Part shown: positions 61,291 to 64,000 of the stretch, piece after piece
Layout: the number at the start of each line of letters is the position of its first letter
Position numbering within the stretch: the stretch's first letter is position 1
NCBI GenBank assembly: GCA_030390025.1
Contig: CM059432.1
Span: forward strand, 139,440,001-139,504,000
Source: Squalus acanthias
Taxonomy: Eukaryota
DNA: 64,000 nucleotides
Direction of reading: 5' to 3'
The notes under the pieces: model-generated
What the model was told of the DNA's origin: nothing
The model's input: only the letters and a program-made list of their open reading frames with translations
Databases searched by the model: none
Made by a program: the position numbers and the translations under genes

Positions 61291-61321
61291 TGTTTCTTCA
61301 GTCTCAAGGCTGAGTTTTTTT

Positions 61322-62576
61322 TTAATTTGTTCCTGGGATGTGGGCTTCACTGGCAAGGCCAGCATTTATTGCCCATCCCTAATTGCTCCCATAGTGCTGT
61401 TGGGGAGGGAGTTCCAGGGTTTTGACCCAGCGACTATGAAGGAACGGCGATATACTTCCAAGTCAAGATAGTGTGTGACTTGGAGGTGATGGTGTTCCCA
61501 TGTGCCTGCTACCCTTGTCCTTCTAGGTGGTAGAGGTTGTGGGTTTGGGAGGTGCTGTCAAAGAAGCCTTGGTGAGTTGCTGCAGTGCATCTTGTAGATG
61601 GTACCGCAGCCACGGTGCGTCGGTGGTGGAGGGAGTGAATGTTTAAGGTGGTGGATGGGGTGACAATCGAGTGGGCTGCTTTGTCCTGTATAGTGTTGAG
61701 CTTCTTGAGTGTTGTTGGAGCTACACTTATCCAGACAAGTGGTGAGTATTCCATCACACTCCTGACTTGTGCCTTGTAGATGGTGGAAAGGCTTTGGGGA
61801 GTCAGGAGGTGAGACACTCGCTACAGAATACCCAGCCTCTGACTTCTTGTAGCCAAAGTATTTATGTGGCTGGTCCAGTTAAGTTTCTGGTCAATGGTGA
61901 CCACCCGCGCCCCCCCCCCCCCCCCCAAGGATGTTGATGTTGGGGGATTCAAAGATGGTAATGCTGTTAAATATCAAGGAGAGGTGGTTAGATCCTCTCT
62001 TGTTGGAGATAGTCATTGCCTGGCACTTGTGTGGCGCGAATGTTACTTGCCACTTGTCAGCCCAAGATTGAATGTCATCCAGGTCTTGCTGCATGCGAGC
62101 ATGGACTGCTTCATTATCTGAGGAGTTGCGAATCTGTGCAATCATCAGTGAACATCCCCACTTCTGACCTTATGATTGGAGGGAAGGTCATTGATGAAGC
62201 AGCTGAAGATGGTTGGGCCGAGGACACTGCCCTGAGGAACTCCTGCAGCGATGTCCTGGGGCTGAGATGATTGGTCTCCAACATCCGCAGCCATCTTCCT
62301 TTGTGCTAGGTATGACTCCAGCCAGTGGAGAGTTTTTCCCCGGATTCCCATTGACTTCAGTTTTACTAGGGCTCCTTGATGCCACACTCAGCCAAATGCT
62401 GCCTTGATGTCAAGGGCAGTCACTCTCGCCTCACCTCTGGAATTCAGCTCTTTTGTCCATGTTTGGACCAAGGGCTGTAATGAGGTCTGGAGCCAAGTGT
62501 TCCTGGTGGAACCCACACTGAGCATTGGGGAGCAGGTTACTGGTGAGTAAGTGCCGCTTGATAGCACTGTCGACAC
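61322..62576 (-). mobile_element. Second CR1-group LINE, frameshifted RT fragment
   Basis: [58 protein letters not shown]. Confidence 0.88.
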
Positions 62577-63491
62577 CAGATGAGGGGAAGCTTGGTTTGA
62601 ATCATTTAGTTATTTATTCTACAGCAAGATGAACATGCAGAGGAATAGATACGATCAGATTCGTTTAGTTCAGTTAATGCACCTTGGCCTAGAAGTTGGC
62701 CTCTCTTTTCCCACCCACCCTCCCATTTTACAGGCGTAAAATGGCTGACATTGTCCAATATGGCATGTGCGTGTGTGCGCGCGCACATTCCGTGCAGAAA
62801 GTGTACCAGCTGCCATATTGGTAAAGATAGAAAAAGGTGTCCAGGGCCAGTGCCTGAAACAGGTGTTGGGCCCTTTGCAAATGGAAATAAGGGGGCGAAC
62901 GCCTGTTTGAGGCCCCCTTTGCAAAATTGGTATGCCCTGAATGCAGCCAGTGCTGGCCAGCTGCGTTCAGGAAAACGTGGTCTATGAATGACCTTAGCAG
63001 CGGCTCTTCAAGGGACCACTGGAGGCCAACACCAAAAAGGTAGATTTGTTTAAAAAAAATTTAAAAAAAATACTTCGCTGAATGTGGAGCCAAAGACGCT
63101 CAATCGCTTGCCAGTCTCAATCAAATGAGGTCCGAGGCCCAATATCTGGTGTTCCTTGGGCCTCCTATTCTGGCGCAGGGATTGTTCCCTGCGCCCAGTT
63201 CACGCTGACTGATCTCTAGGCCCTTCTCCACATAACAAGATAAAGGTATTGAACATGCTATGCTACCCCACTTTAGTGGTTGTCTTGTTTGATTAACTCC
63301 TGGATTCATTCTTGCCACCCAGAGCAGAACAACATTTCCCTGCAGTCTCCTGTCTTTCACGAATGTTTTCTGCTTGACCGCTCTCTTTCAGAAACCAGAA
63401 TGGCTTTTTGGTATCTGGGTCTCTTTTCAATCCCAACTTCACAGACAAAGAGCAATGGGTTTCCAACGCATTGGGTGAGAGGTGTTTTCCA

Positions 63492-64000
63492 GCAACAACA
63501 ACTTGCATTTATATAGAGCCTTTAACGTATTAACACGTCCTACGGCACTTCACAGGAGTGTTATTAGAGAGAAATTTGACACCGAGCCACATAGAGATAT
63601 TAGGGACAGGTGATTAAAAGCTTGCTCAAAGAGGTAGGTTTTAAGAAGCGTCTTAAAGAAGGACCGAGAGGTTTAGGGAGTTGCAGAACTTGGGGCCGAG
63701 GCAGCTGAAAGCACGGCTGCCACAGGTAGGGCAATGGAAATCGGAGATGTGCCAGAGGCCAGAATTGGAGGATCGCAGAGTTCTCCTGAGGGTTGTAGGG
63801 CTGGAGGAGGTTACGAGGCGTGAGGCCATGGAGGGATTTGAACGCACATGAGAATTTTAAAATCAAGGCGTTGCTGGACCGGGAGTCAATGTAGGTCAGC
63901 AAGCACAGATGGGTGAACGGGATTTGGTGTGAGTTAGGATACAGACAGCAGAGTTTTGGATGAGCTCAAGTATATGGAGGGTGGAAGAAGGGTCCAAGAA
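63492..64000 (-). mobile_element. L2-like 3' fragment
   Basis: Same family as 45361-45985. Confidence 0.83.

Noticed and set aside
62680..63240. CpG-containing segment resembling a DNA-transposon remnant
   Set aside because: I could not identify paired TIRs or a TSD.

Overview
Eukaryotic genomic DNA, most likely from a cartilaginous fish (shark); this is inferred from the repeat families and protein similarity. Three genes lie in the vertebrate-conserved order: the last five coding exons and a ~4 kb 3' UTR of FBXO32/atrogin-1 (+, 751-~9870); a complete six-exon NTAQ1/WDYHV1 gene (-, CDS 43067-29480, 209 aa); and the CpG-island promoter and first coding exon of ATAD2 (+, 47947-48063), followed by a 10.2 kb G-rich minisatellite in intron 1. 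The giant ORFs in the track at 47.9-58.4 kb are artefacts of that array. Most of the rest is retroelements, often nested: CR1-clade LINEs (one 3.6 kb copy with esterase ORF1 and APE/RT ORF2), L2-like 3' ends, a second CR1-group LINE and two tRNA-derived SINE families. The most notable non-genic signals are a perfect 81-bp-arm palindromic Penelope-like insertion with a minimal hammerhead ribozyme and 12-bp TSD in NTAQ1 intron 2; a second hammerhead in an L2+Penelope composite bounded by a ~56-bp duplication; a 743-bp MITE; and a 67-bp-arm hairpin in the FBXO32 3' UTR. All calls were made by eye without searches, and repeat boundaries are approximate.
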